DNA of 32,000 bases from an uncultured Anaerolineales bacterium (GCA_964551735.1 CAZKEF010000019.1:51958-83957), one strand, 5' to 3'. Shown: positions 23,586 to 31,500, counted from the first letter of the stretch. Numbers and translations: made by a program. Notes: a model not told the origin generated them from the letters alone.

Positions 23586-26567
23586 ATGGCATCGGAATCC
23601 AATAGATACGATGTCTTCATCAGCTATCCGCACGCCCAAAAGACGATGGCCGATGCCGTGTGCGCGACGTTGGAGCAGAATAAGATCCGCTGCTGGATCG
23701 CGCCCCGTGACGTGCTGCCCGGCGAACCGTTCGCGAAAGCCATCATCCGCGCCATGAACGAAAGCCGTTTGTTCGTCCTCGTCTTCAGCGCCGAGACCAA
23801 CGAGTCAAATCACGTAAAAAACGAAGTTGAGCGGGCGGTGTCCAAGGGGCTCTCGATCATCGTGTTCCGCGTTGAAGATGTCGTGCCTACCGAAGAGATG
23901 GAGTACTACCTGTCGCGGCGCCATTGGCTGGACGCGATGACGCCACCGATCGAGGCCCATTTCCAGAAACTGATCCAGGCCATCAGGGCGTTGCTGGCCA
24001 TCCCATCCTTGGAGGCCGCGCCGGACCAAAGCGAACAGAAGGTGGCCGACTTGCGCGTACGCGCCCGGGAAGCCGCGGCGCAAGCCGACTGGGACCTGGC
24101 CGTGGCCCTGCTAGGTCAGGCTGCGACGGTCTCACCCGATGACCCCAAGACCGCCGAGATGTTACAGGCCGTCCGGCGTGACCAGCATCTGGCTGACCTG
24201 CGCCGGCAAGCCCAAGAACGTCTGGCCATCCGCGACTGGACCGGCGCCATTGCCATCCTGGAGGAAGCCTCCAGCTTGCAGCCGGATGACGCCGACCTAA
24301 CGGCCATCTTGCGTCGCGCACAGAGCAGTCAGCGTCTGATCGAGCTGCGCGGCCAGGCTGAGGAGTTCCTGACCGTTCGAGATTGGGCCGGCGCCATCGC
24401 GATCTTGGAGAAAGCCATACAACTGGCCCCCGACGACCCTGAACTTACTGGCAGCTTGCGCCGCGCGCAACGCGGCCAAAGCCAGGATGATCTCAAAGCC
24501 CAGGCCCTGCACCTGGCCGCACAACACGATTGGCAGGGCGTGCTCGTGCTGCTGAAGCAGGCGCCCGAGCTGGCCGCAGAGGACGCCGAAGTGCAGCGGC
24601 TGGCAGCGCAAGCGGCGCGTGAGCAGCGGATCGCTGATCTGCAGGTGCGCGCCAAGTCAGCGTACAGCGCCCGGCAATGGGCGCAGGCGCTGCCGTTGCT
24701 GGAAGAGCTGCGCGCGTTGACGCCCGATGACGCCGCCGCCCGCGATATGCTGGCCACGACCACCCGCGAGGGCGCCCGCCAGAGGCAACTCGACGCGCTG
24801 ATAGCCCATGCCGAGGACACCGTGACCCGCGCACGCAGCGCGGCCACTACAGGCCAATGGGAGGCGGCCGAGCGCGGTTGGCAGGATGCCGCCTACGCAT
24901 GGGGCACCGTAGTCACCGCGCTGGAAGAGCACCTCGCGATGGCGCCCCAGGACGCTACGCGGCGGGAGCGCCTGACCGAGGCTCAGCGCGGGCAAAAGGA
25001 GGCGGCACAACAGGCTGGACGCCTGCGGGATCTGGCCCAGCGCTATGCCGACGCGCAGGCCGCGCTCGACGCGGCCCGGCCCGACCAGGCCGTGCCGTTG
25101 CTCAGCGCCATCATAGCCGAGGCGCCGGGCTATCGCGATACGGTGGAGCTGTTGCGCCGTGCGCAACGCAAGGTGAAAGGTGGTCCCTTCCCGCGCCGCC
25201 GCATGCTCTGGATCGGCGCAGCCGCACTGGTGCTCATCGTGGTAACGGCGGCAATCTTGCTGTCGGGCGTCTTGCAGCGCGGCGCCGCGTCTGAGCGCGC
25301 GACGACATTGCAGCAAGCGCTGACGAACCAATGGGTGGACGCGCAGATCCGCGGCACTGGCGCGGCCTACGGCGACTGCATCACGGCCCGGCTGACGCGG
25401 CGCATCCCAGACATCCTGCCGCTTGACCTCGCCCAGGGCACCCTTCTGCTCAGCAAAACCTCAACAGTGCAGGACATGGTCGTGCTGCGGGTCCGGGCCA
25501 TCATCAACCAGGATGGTGGCCTAACCCCCACAGACGCGATCCGCATCGCCGATGACAACCCCCAGGAGTATCTGATCGAAGCATATGGGCTGAACAGCAG
25601 CCTGGCGGCGCCGGGCGTCGGGGCCGCCTTCGTCGTCGCCGGCCCGGCAGACGAAGCTGTTCAAAGCACCCTGCGGGCAGCCGCCCAGCTCACCCCTGAC
25701 GGCGCCGCACAGGCGGGCGCAGCGCTGCAATTGGCGCTTTGGCTGCACGCTGACCACGAAAACCGTGCTGCCATCTGCCAGCGCATCAACTGCAAGGCCG
25801 AGGACCTGGCGCTGGCAGAACAGATCCTGGGGCTGGCCGGCTTCGGTCCGCCCCCCACACCCACTGCCACGGCCACAGCCCTGCCGACCGCCACCCTGAC
25901 GGCGGAACCAACGATCGCCACGCCCTTCCTGCGCCGCGCAGCCACCGACACCCCCACGCCGACCGCCACTGCGACATCCACGCCGCTGCCATCAGCCACC
26001 ATGACCGCCACCGCAACGCCGGCCCGCAGCGCTACACCGACGCCACGCCCAAGCGCCACCGCAACGCGCACCCCGGCCGCGCCGCTGCGCATCGTCACGC
26101 CAACGCGTCCGCCTGCGCCGCCGGCGTCCGGCCTGGCCCCGCAGACACCGGCCGACGGCCAGATCTTCATCGGCCGCAGCACTGTCATCCGGCTGGCCTG
26201 GACGCCCGCCACACGGCCGCTGGCTGGGGACGAATATTACCTGGTGACGATCCTTTTCCCTCACGAACAAGCAACATGGACCGACTCTCAATGGACGCGC
26301 ACTCCAGAGGTCACCGTACCGGCTTACCTGTACGATAATGTGACCGGCGACCGCAGCTTCCGCTGGCAGGTCTCCCTGGTGCGCCTGAACGCGGGCGACC
26401 CTTCAGGAGACCCGCAAGGCAAGACGACCCTGATCGTTGCACCCGGCGCGTGGCGCACCTTCAGGTGGCTGCCCGAGGCTGAAGGCGGGGGCGGGGGTGG
26501 GGGCGGCGAGGTCATACCGACGAACACCCCCCGCCCTGAAGAACCGACAATAACGCCCAGGCCTTAA
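23586..26567 (+). CDS. N-terminal TIR-domain protein with 49-aa helical repeats, one TM helix and a large extracytoplasmic C-terminal region
   Basis: An AAGGAGG RBS lies 8 nt upstream, and the gap from the previous stop is 15 nt. The TIR_2-like N-terminus is YDVFISYPHAQKTMADAVCATLEQNKIRCWIAPRDVLPGEPFAKAIIRAMNESRLFVLVFSAETNESNHVKNEVERAV. Five to six repeats of the DWxxAIAILEEAxxLxPDD type follow. The TM helix is RRRMLWIGAAALVLIVVTAAILLSGVL, with positive charges on the N-side, so the TIR domain is cytoplasmic. After it come a ~190-aa domain, a PT-rich linker, a ~130-aa beta-rich domain and a Gly8 tract. Confidence 0.85.
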   Translation: MASESNRYDVFISYPHAQKTMADAVCATLEQNKIRCWIAPRDVLPGEPFAKAIIRAMNESRLFVLVFSAETNESNHVKNEVERAVSKGLSIIVFRVEDVVPTEEMEYYLSRRHWLDAMTPPIEAHFQKLIQAIRALLAIPSLEAAPDQSEQKVADLRVRAREAAAQADWDLAVALLGQAATVSPDDPKTAEMLQAVRRDQHLADLRRQAQERLAIRDWTGAIAILEEASSLQPDDADLTAILRRAQSSQRLIELRGQAEEFLTVRDWAGAIAILEKAIQLAPDDPELTGSLRRAQRGQSQDDLKAQALHLAAQHDWQGVLVLLKQAPELAAEDAEVQRLAAQAAREQRIADLQVRAKSAYSARQWAQALPLLEELRALTPDDAAARDMLATTTREGARQRQLDALIAHAEDTVTRARSAATTGQWEAAERGWQDAAYAWGTVVTALEEHLAMAPQDATRRERLTEAQRGQKEAAQQAGRLRDLAQRYADAQAALDAARPDQAVPLLSAIIAEAPGYRDTVELLRRAQRKVKGGPFPRRRMLWIGAAALVLIVVTAAILLSGVLQRGAASERATTLQQALTNQWVDAQIRGTGAAYGDCITARLTRRIPDILPLDLAQGTLLLSKTSTVQDMVVLRVRAIINQDGGLTPTDAIRIADDNPQEYLIEAYGLNSSLAAPGVGAAFVVAGPADEAVQSTLRAAAQLTPDGAAQAGAALQLALWLHADHENRAAICQRINCKAEDLALAEQILGLAGFGPPPTPTATATALPTATLTAEPTIATPFLRRAATDTPTPTATATSTPLPSATMTATATPARSATPTPRPSATATRTPAAPLRIVTPTRPPAPPASGLAPQTPADGQIFIGRSTVIRLAWTPATRPLAGDEYYLVTILFPHEQATWTDSQWTRTPEVTVPAYLYDNVTGDRSFRWQVSLVRLNAGDPSGDPQGKTTLIVAPGAWRTFRWLPEAEGGGGGGGGEVIPTNTPRPEEPTITPRP
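24087..24854 (+). repeat. Intragenic tandem repeat with an exact 147-nt (49-codon) period, coding TPR-like helical hairpins
   Basis: The D/Q-W codons that open each unit fall at 24087, 24234, 24381, 24528 and 24675, which are exactly 147 nt apart. A longer 180-nt unit then runs to 24855. The units are diverged at the DNA level. Confidence 0.8.
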
Positions 26568-26608
26568 GGTTGGCAGCCGCGAACCAGACGCGCAGAGGAG
26601 GGACAACC

Positions 26609-29602
26609 ATGAAAACAAACCCGACACGCCACCGCACCCCCCGCATAGGGCTGCTGGCGCCGCTGCTGATCGCGACGCTGATCCTGGTCGGCGGCCTCAA
26701 CAGCGCCGCCGCGCCGCCGGCTCAAACAGGCGCCCCCTTCGAGGCGCGGCCGCTGCCGCCGGAGGCGCTCTCGTGGGGCGGATCTCCCGCCGTCAGTGCG
26801 CAAGCCTCGCGCAGCCCCAAGCTCGACTCATCCCTGGACGGCCTGGCCGCCGCAGCCCAGGATTCCCCGCAAACGGCATTGGCTCTGGCCCTCTCCCGCT
26901 CGCTGAAGTTGTCGGGAGATCGGGTTCAAGTACAGATCGTCACCCACGCGGCCGGGCTGCAACGAGCCATCCAGGCGGTGGCCGAGTCCGGCGGCGAAGT
27001 GACCAAAATCGGCAGCGACGCAGCCCTGATCCAGGGATGGCTGCCGGTCACGGCCCTGGAGGCCGTAGCCGCGCACGACGATATCTATCGCATCCACCGG
27101 CCGGCGGAACTGATCTACCTGGAACACCCGCAGGCTGGCAGTGTGACGACCGAAGGGCTGGCGGCGCTCAACGGCCCGGCCTGGCACACGGCCGGCTACC
27201 GGGGCGCTGGCGTCAAGATCGGCATCATTGACGGCGGCTTCCTGGGCTACACAGGCCTGCTGGGCACGGACCTGCCAGCGTCGGTCACTGCAAAAAACTT
27301 CGTGGACGGCGAAACCGACGGGCAGGTTGACGGGACCTCCAAACACGGCACCGCCTGCGTGGAGATCATCTACGATGTGGCGCCTGATGCGACCTTCTAC
27401 CTGGCCAAGATCGCCACGAACCTGGATCTGCAAGCAGCCGTGGCCTGGCTCAAAGACACGCACCACGTAGACGTGATCTCTACCTCCATCGGGTGGTACC
27501 ACTTGACGCCGGGCGACGGCACCGGTGAGTTTGCCGACCTGGTGCAGGATGCCCGAGACGCCGGCATCTTGTGGGCCACGGCGGCCGGGAGCGTACGCGA
27601 GGCGCACTGGGGCGGCCTGTACTATGACCCCGGCGGCACCGACACGCATCACTATAACCTCGAACAGGACGTGAACTATTTCGGCCCCGGCGACGGGAAC
27701 GCTTACCTGATCCCTGCGGGGTACCCGGTGACCGTCTTGCTCCGCTGGGATGACTGGACGGTCGTGAACCAGGATTACGATCTCTTCCTGCTGCGTTGGA
27801 ACGGCGAAAGCTGGGATATCGTTGCCGAAAGCAGTCAGGTTCAAGACGGCAGCCCGGGTCAGACGCCCACCGAGGACGTCTCAATCGTGGCCAGCGGCGC
27901 ATCTGCGCCCTATGGCTTCGTCATCGTGCGTTATGACAGCGACCGCGCGGTCAACTTCGAGGTGTTTGCGCCCAACCCTGGCGCGCGCCTCGATGAGATC
28001 TTGCCTGCCCGCAGCCTGGCTAACCTGGCGGACGCGCCGGACGTGGTCAGCGTGGCGGCGGTAGACGTGGTGTCGCCCTACCCGCAGGAGGTGTTCAGCT
28101 CAGAAGGGCCGACCAACGGACCCGGCGGCGCGGAAACGGGCGGGTTCATCAAGCCGGATATCGCCGCCTATTCCAGCGTGTCCACCGTCAGCTACGGCAC
28201 TACAGACAAGTTCAGCGGCACCTCGGCCGCTGCGCCCCACGTGGCCGGCGCCGCGGCGTTGGTGTTGAACGCCTACCCAGCCTATACCCCGAACCAAGTG
28301 GAATCGTTCCTGGAGGGGCGTGCCGTGGACATGGGGGCCAGCGGGATGGATACGATCTACGGCTACGGTCGGCTGCACCTGGGCGCCCCGCCGTCAGCCA
28401 CCACCACAACCCCCTCTCCCAGCCCAACGCCGACAGGAACGGTGACACGCACCGCGACGCCCACGGTGACCCGGACGCCAACCCCGACGATCACCCGAAC
28501 CCCCACGGCCAGGCTGCTCTTCCTGCCCCTGGTGCTGAAAAGCGGACTCTGCGACATTTATGAGCCGAACGATAGCATCGCTGCGGCCTGGGGTCCCCTG
28601 ATATCGGGCCAGGATTACCGCGCACGCCTATGCAAAGGCGACTACGAGGATAACTACTACCTGAACGCACTGCACACCCAACCGCTGGTCGTCAGGATAC
28701 GCCTGCCAGCCGCTCTGGTGAACCACACTGACGCCTGGATTTACCATGAGAGCAACCTCAAGACACCGCTTCCCGGTTGCGGCCGCGGCCCCATCACCAG
28801 CACGGATGAAACCGTTAGCTGTGCGATCACCCTGGACGGCCGCTACACGATCCGGCTATACACACACGACTCGAACGTCTACTATGAGAACAACCAGGAT
28901 TACATCTTGACCGCGACCTTTGCGCCCCAGGGCGGCACGCCCGTGTCACGAACACTCCTCTCCGTCGGCGATGCAACGGTCCTGGAGGGGTACTCAGGCT
29001 TTAACACAGGCACGGCAGCGGACATGTGGGCGGGCTATGATGACGGCATGGAACCCGACGGCAAGATCGTGCGCAGCCTGATCAAGTTCGACCTGAGCAG
29101 TGTGCCCGCGGGCGCCACCGTGCAAAGCGCCAAGCTGCGGGTCTACTACATGGGCTACTATGACTTTAGCAACCGCGAGCGCACCATCACCGCATACCGG
29201 TGCGTCGGCAACTGGACTGAGCTGGGCGTCAATTGGAACAACAAACCCAGCCCGGGCACGGCCTACGGCAGCGTAGTCATCATCTCAAACACCAATTGGG
29301 GCTGGCGCGAGTTGGACGTGCAGGGCCTGGTGCAGGGGTGGGTCAACGGCAGCATCCCCAACCAGGGCGTCATGCTGCGCGGACCGGAGGTCTCCGGCGC
29401 CGACTCGTCCTATCGCACTTTCAGCACGCGTGAGGGCCCCAACGCGCCCCAGTTGGCGATCACCTACCTTGCTGTAGCAGCCGCAAGCCCACCGCCGACA
29501 ATGCAGGCGCCTGTGCCGGCTGGCCCGAGCCTGCGTGAACAGTTGGGCAGCCCGAGCGCACCGACGGACGCCGACGGCAGGGAGCAGCAGATGTCGCGTT
29601 AG
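26609..29602 (+). CDS. Secreted S8 (subtilisin-like) serine peptidase with C-terminal PPC-like and DNRLRE-like domains
   Basis: A GAGGAGGG RBS lies 6 nt before the ATG at 26609. The signal peptide is MKTNPTRHRTPRIGLLAPLLIATLILVGGLNSAAA. The catalytic triad contexts are GVKIGIIDGGF (Asp), HGTACVEII (His) and GTSAAAPHVAGAAALV (Ser). After a PT linker come LLFLPLVLK, then CDIYEPNDSIAAAW (pre-peptidase C-terminal-like) and LLSVGDATVLEG...SLIKFDLSSVPAGATVQSAKLRVYY...WTELGVNWNNKP (DNRLRE-like, from recall). Confidence 0.85.
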   Translation: MKTNPTRHRTPRIGLLAPLLIATLILVGGLNSAAAPPAQTGAPFEARPLPPEALSWGGSPAVSAQASRSPKLDSSLDGLAAAAQDSPQTALALALSRSLKLSGDRVQVQIVTHAAGLQRAIQAVAESGGEVTKIGSDAALIQGWLPVTALEAVAAHDDIYRIHRPAELIYLEHPQAGSVTTEGLAALNGPAWHTAGYRGAGVKIGIIDGGFLGYTGLLGTDLPASVTAKNFVDGETDGQVDGTSKHGTACVEIIYDVAPDATFYLAKIATNLDLQAAVAWLKDTHHVDVISTSIGWYHLTPGDGTGEFADLVQDARDAGILWATAAGSVREAHWGGLYYDPGGTDTHHYNLEQDVNYFGPGDGNAYLIPAGYPVTVLLRWDDWTVVNQDYDLFLLRWNGESWDIVAESSQVQDGSPGQTPTEDVSIVASGASAPYGFVIVRYDSDRAVNFEVFAPNPGARLDEILPARSLANLADAPDVVSVAAVDVVSPYPQEVFSSEGPTNGPGGAETGGFIKPDIAAYSSVSTVSYGTTDKFSGTSAAAPHVAGAAALVLNAYPAYTPNQVESFLEGRAVDMGASGMDTIYGYGRLHLGAPPSATTTTPSPSPTPTGTVTRTATPTVTRTPTPTITRTPTARLLFLPLVLKSGLCDIYEPNDSIAAAWGPLISGQDYRARLCKGDYEDNYYLNALHTQPLVVRIRLPAALVNHTDAWIYHESNLKTPLPGCGRGPITSTDETVSCAITLDGRYTIRLYTHDSNVYYENNQDYILTATFAPQGGTPVSRTLLSVGDATVLEGYSGFNTGTAADMWAGYDDGMEPDGKIVRSLIKFDLSSVPAGATVQSAKLRVYYMGYYDFSNRERTITAYRCVGNWTELGVNWNNKPSPGTAYGSVVIISNTNWGWRELDVQGLVQGWVNGSIPNQGVMLRGPEVSGADSSYRTFSTREGPNAPQLAITYLAVAAASPPPTMQAPVPAGPSLREQLGSPSAPTDADGREQQMSR

Positions 29603-29648
29603 GCGCCCATCCGCGGCCCCTGTGTACGTAGCGCATCAGCGCTGGCGC

Positions 29649-29706
29649 AAAAAAGCAGAGACGCCAGGTTCGCCATCAGGCTGCTCCTGGCGCCTCTCTT
29701 TTTGTT
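29649..29706. terminator. Bidirectional intrinsic terminator between convergent genes
   Basis: agagacgccagg (29657-29668) pairs with cctggcgcctct (29686-29697) at 11 of 12 positions. The hairpin is flanked by an A-run upstream (gcaaaaaagc) and a T-run downstream (ctttttgtt), so each strand sees a stem followed by a U-tract. Confidence 0.65.
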
Positions 29707-29725
29707 CGCAGGCCGCGTTTGCCGC

Positions 29726-31018
29726 TCAAGGTTCGCCGGCAGGCGCATCTGGCGCCAACCTTGCGTCCGCCTCTTCGGGGCCCGGCCCGGCGCGCATATC
29801 CTCAGGCGCATCTGGCCCAAGGCCCGCACCTGGCGCCACAAGCGCCTTCACCTCCGCGGCCGCATCCGGCGCCAGCTCGGCCTCTGCACGCGCATCGGGT
29901 AACAGCGCGGCATCGGGCGCCGGCGCGGCCGGGGTCAACGGGTGGGGCAAGGCCGGCGCCGGCATCGCCGCACCCTCGCCCCACACATCGGCCAGGGAGC
30001 GGCGGCTACCGTAAAGCGCCGGCAGGTATTTGGCAAACAAGTCGGCCGGCATCCGGCGCCGCACCGGCTCGATCCCTTCCTCCCACAGCCGATGCAACCG
30101 TTCGTAGTCCAGCTCAGCAGTGATCAGCCCTTCCGCCCCCAACGCGCCCATCTCCACCAGCACGCCGGAATAGCGCGGGGTCATTTCCAGCGGCGCGTAA
30201 ATCCCGGATTTGCCCACGAAAGACCATGCCAGGCTGTCGTCGGCCGCGAGGAAGTTACGCCCCACCAGGAAGCTGGTCAGCGCGCAGATGCGGTTCTCCT
30301 GCGCCTGGGCCAGCGTGCCCTGCCGGATGTACGCGGCCAGCGCCTCGCTTCCCGTGGCGGCCAGCGTCACCAGCAGATCGGCGCCCTGGTATGCCAGCAC
30401 GCGGCCAGCTTCGGGATAAAGCGCCTCCTCGCCCAGCAGGATGCCCAGCCGGCCGGCCGGCGTGCTGATCACATGCCAGGCGTCGCCGGGCGTTGCCAGC
30501 CCCTGGTCCTCCTGCGCCAGCGCCATCTTGTCATGCCGCCCCAAGATCGCGCCGTCCGGCCCGAACACCGTGGCTCGGTGGCGCACCGTCCCCCCGGCAT
30601 CCGGCAAATATGCGCTGCCCGCCACCACGGTGACCTCGTAGGCGCGCGCCAGTTCACCGAAGACCGCCTCGTAATCGGCTGCCAGGGTCGCGGGATCAGC
30701 CTGGAGGAGGTGCTCGAACGCGCGGCGGAAATTAGCGCCGAGCAGCGAGGCTGTGCCACTGGCCAGCGCACTGCGCGTCCGCTTCCACAGCGAAACCCGG
30801 CCGCGCGCCGGCACGTCGGCCCGCTTCAACAAGCTCACACGGAAACCTTCCACGCGGTGGCTGGCAGCCATCACGCCGGCCAATGCGGGGAAGACCACCA
30901 ATTCGGCCCCCTTGGCCCGCGCCATGGCCAGGAAGCGTGTCAGTTCTTTACGATAGGCTTCTGTCGAGTCAAACAGGCGCATCTGTTGCTGTGCGCTGGC
31001 AACGATCAGTTTGTCCAT
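29726..31018 (-). CDS. Degenerate carbon-nitrogen-hydrolase-fold protein (catalytic Glu and Cys both absent) with a low-complexity APDA-rich tail
   Basis: The order of CN_hydrolase-like motifs is preserved. VVFPALAGV stands where FPE is expected, RHDKMAL retains the Lys, and LGILLGEEALYPE has Gly where Cys is expected. The C-terminal ~80 aa are Ala/Pro/Asp-rich (APAPDAALLPDARAEAELAPDAAAE...). The gene is divergent from the microcompartment genes. Confidence 0.65.
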   Translation of the reverse strand: MDKLIVASAQQQMRLFDSTEAYRKELTRFLAMARAKGAELVVFPALAGVMAASHRVEGFRVSLLKRADVPARGRVSLWKRTRSALASGTASLLGANFRRAFEHLLQADPATLAADYEAVFGELARAYEVTVVAGSAYLPDAGGTVRHRATVFGPDGAILGRHDKMALAQEDQGLATPGDAWHVISTPAGRLGILLGEEALYPEAGRVLAYQGADLLVTLAATGSEALAAYIRQGTLAQAQENRICALTSFLVGRNFLAADDSLAWSFVGKSGIYAPLEMTPRYSGVLVEMGALGAEGLITAELDYERLHRLWEEGIEPVRRRMPADLFAKYLPALYGSRRSLADVWGEGAAMPAPALPHPLTPAAPAPDAALLPDARAEAELAPDAAAEVKALVAPGAGLGPDAPEDMRAGPGPEEADARLAPDAPAGEP

Positions 31019-31146
31019 GTCTCCGCCTTTGCTCCATCAATGGATTGGGTGCACTCAGGTTCGGTCGTAGGGGCGGGTTTCTTCGCATCGCTGGGAACAC
31101 CAGGTTCTTCCGACGATTTTACCATATGCCTGAGGCGGATCACAAT

Positions 31147-31176
31147 TTGCTGGAAGGCGGGGCCGCCGGGTATAAT
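31147..31176 (+). promoter_or_regulatory. Sigma70-like promoter for the microcompartment genes
   Basis: TTGCTG (31147-31152), an 18-nt spacer, then TATAAT (31171-31176). It sits about 45 nt upstream of the ATG at 31222. Confidence 0.5.
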
Positions 31177-31221
31177 AGAAGCACATTTCGGCAAATAACC
31201 CACAACCCGTGAGACCACTCT

Positions 31222-31500
31222 ATGCAACTTGCCACCGTCATCGGCACATTGGTCGCCAGCCAGAAATACCGGGGCCTGGAAGGCGTCAAGCTGCTGATCG
31301 TCCAGCCGTTGGATCGCGACCAACAGCCGCAGGGCGAGCCCGTCGTCGCAGCCGACGCCACCGCGCAGGCTGGACCCGGCGAGTTGGTCTTCATTATCGC
31401 CAGCCGCGAGGCTGCGCTGGCCCTTCCGGAGTCCTTCGTGCCGGTGGATCATGCGGTGGTGGGGATTGTGGATGAAGTGGGACTGGAAGCTAGAAACTAG
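31222..31500 (+). CDS. Bacterial microcompartment vertex protein (BMC-P, EutN/CcmL family)
   Basis: MQLATVIGTLVASQKYRGLEGVKLLIVQPLD...GELVFIIASREAALALPESFVPVDHAVVGIVDEV is typical of EutN/CcmL. The last 6 codons and the stop lie inside a heptamer repeat. Confidence 0.85.
   Translation: MQLATVIGTLVASQKYRGLEGVKLLIVQPLDRDQQPQGEPVVAADATAQAGPGELVFIIASREAALALPESFVPVDHAVVGIVDEVGLEARN

Noticed and set aside
23010-23639. 209-aa minus-strand ORF across the RelA-SpoT/TIR gene junction, plus other antisense ORFs in 24297..25331 and 25661..26212.
   Set aside because: They lie antisense to well-supported genes and cross a tightly coupled gene junction. Their low-complexity translations mirror the repeats and PT-linkers of the sense strand.
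26484-26505. G-runs considered as a slipped-strand phase-variation tract.
   Set aside because: The tract is interrupted (the longest homopolymer is 5 G) and lies near the 3' end of the gene, so classical on/off phase variation is unlikely.
26828-27844. 338-aa ORF antisense to the S8 peptidase catalytic domain.
   Set aside because: The plus-strand frame carries the complete Asp/His/Ser subtilase triad motifs, whereas the antisense translation has no motifs.
29942-31198. 418-aa ORF antisense to the degenerate CN-hydrolase gene.
   Set aside because: The composition is shadow-like (Arg/Gly/Gln/Pro). The minus-strand frame retains the ordered nitrilase-family motifs and has a clean ATG.
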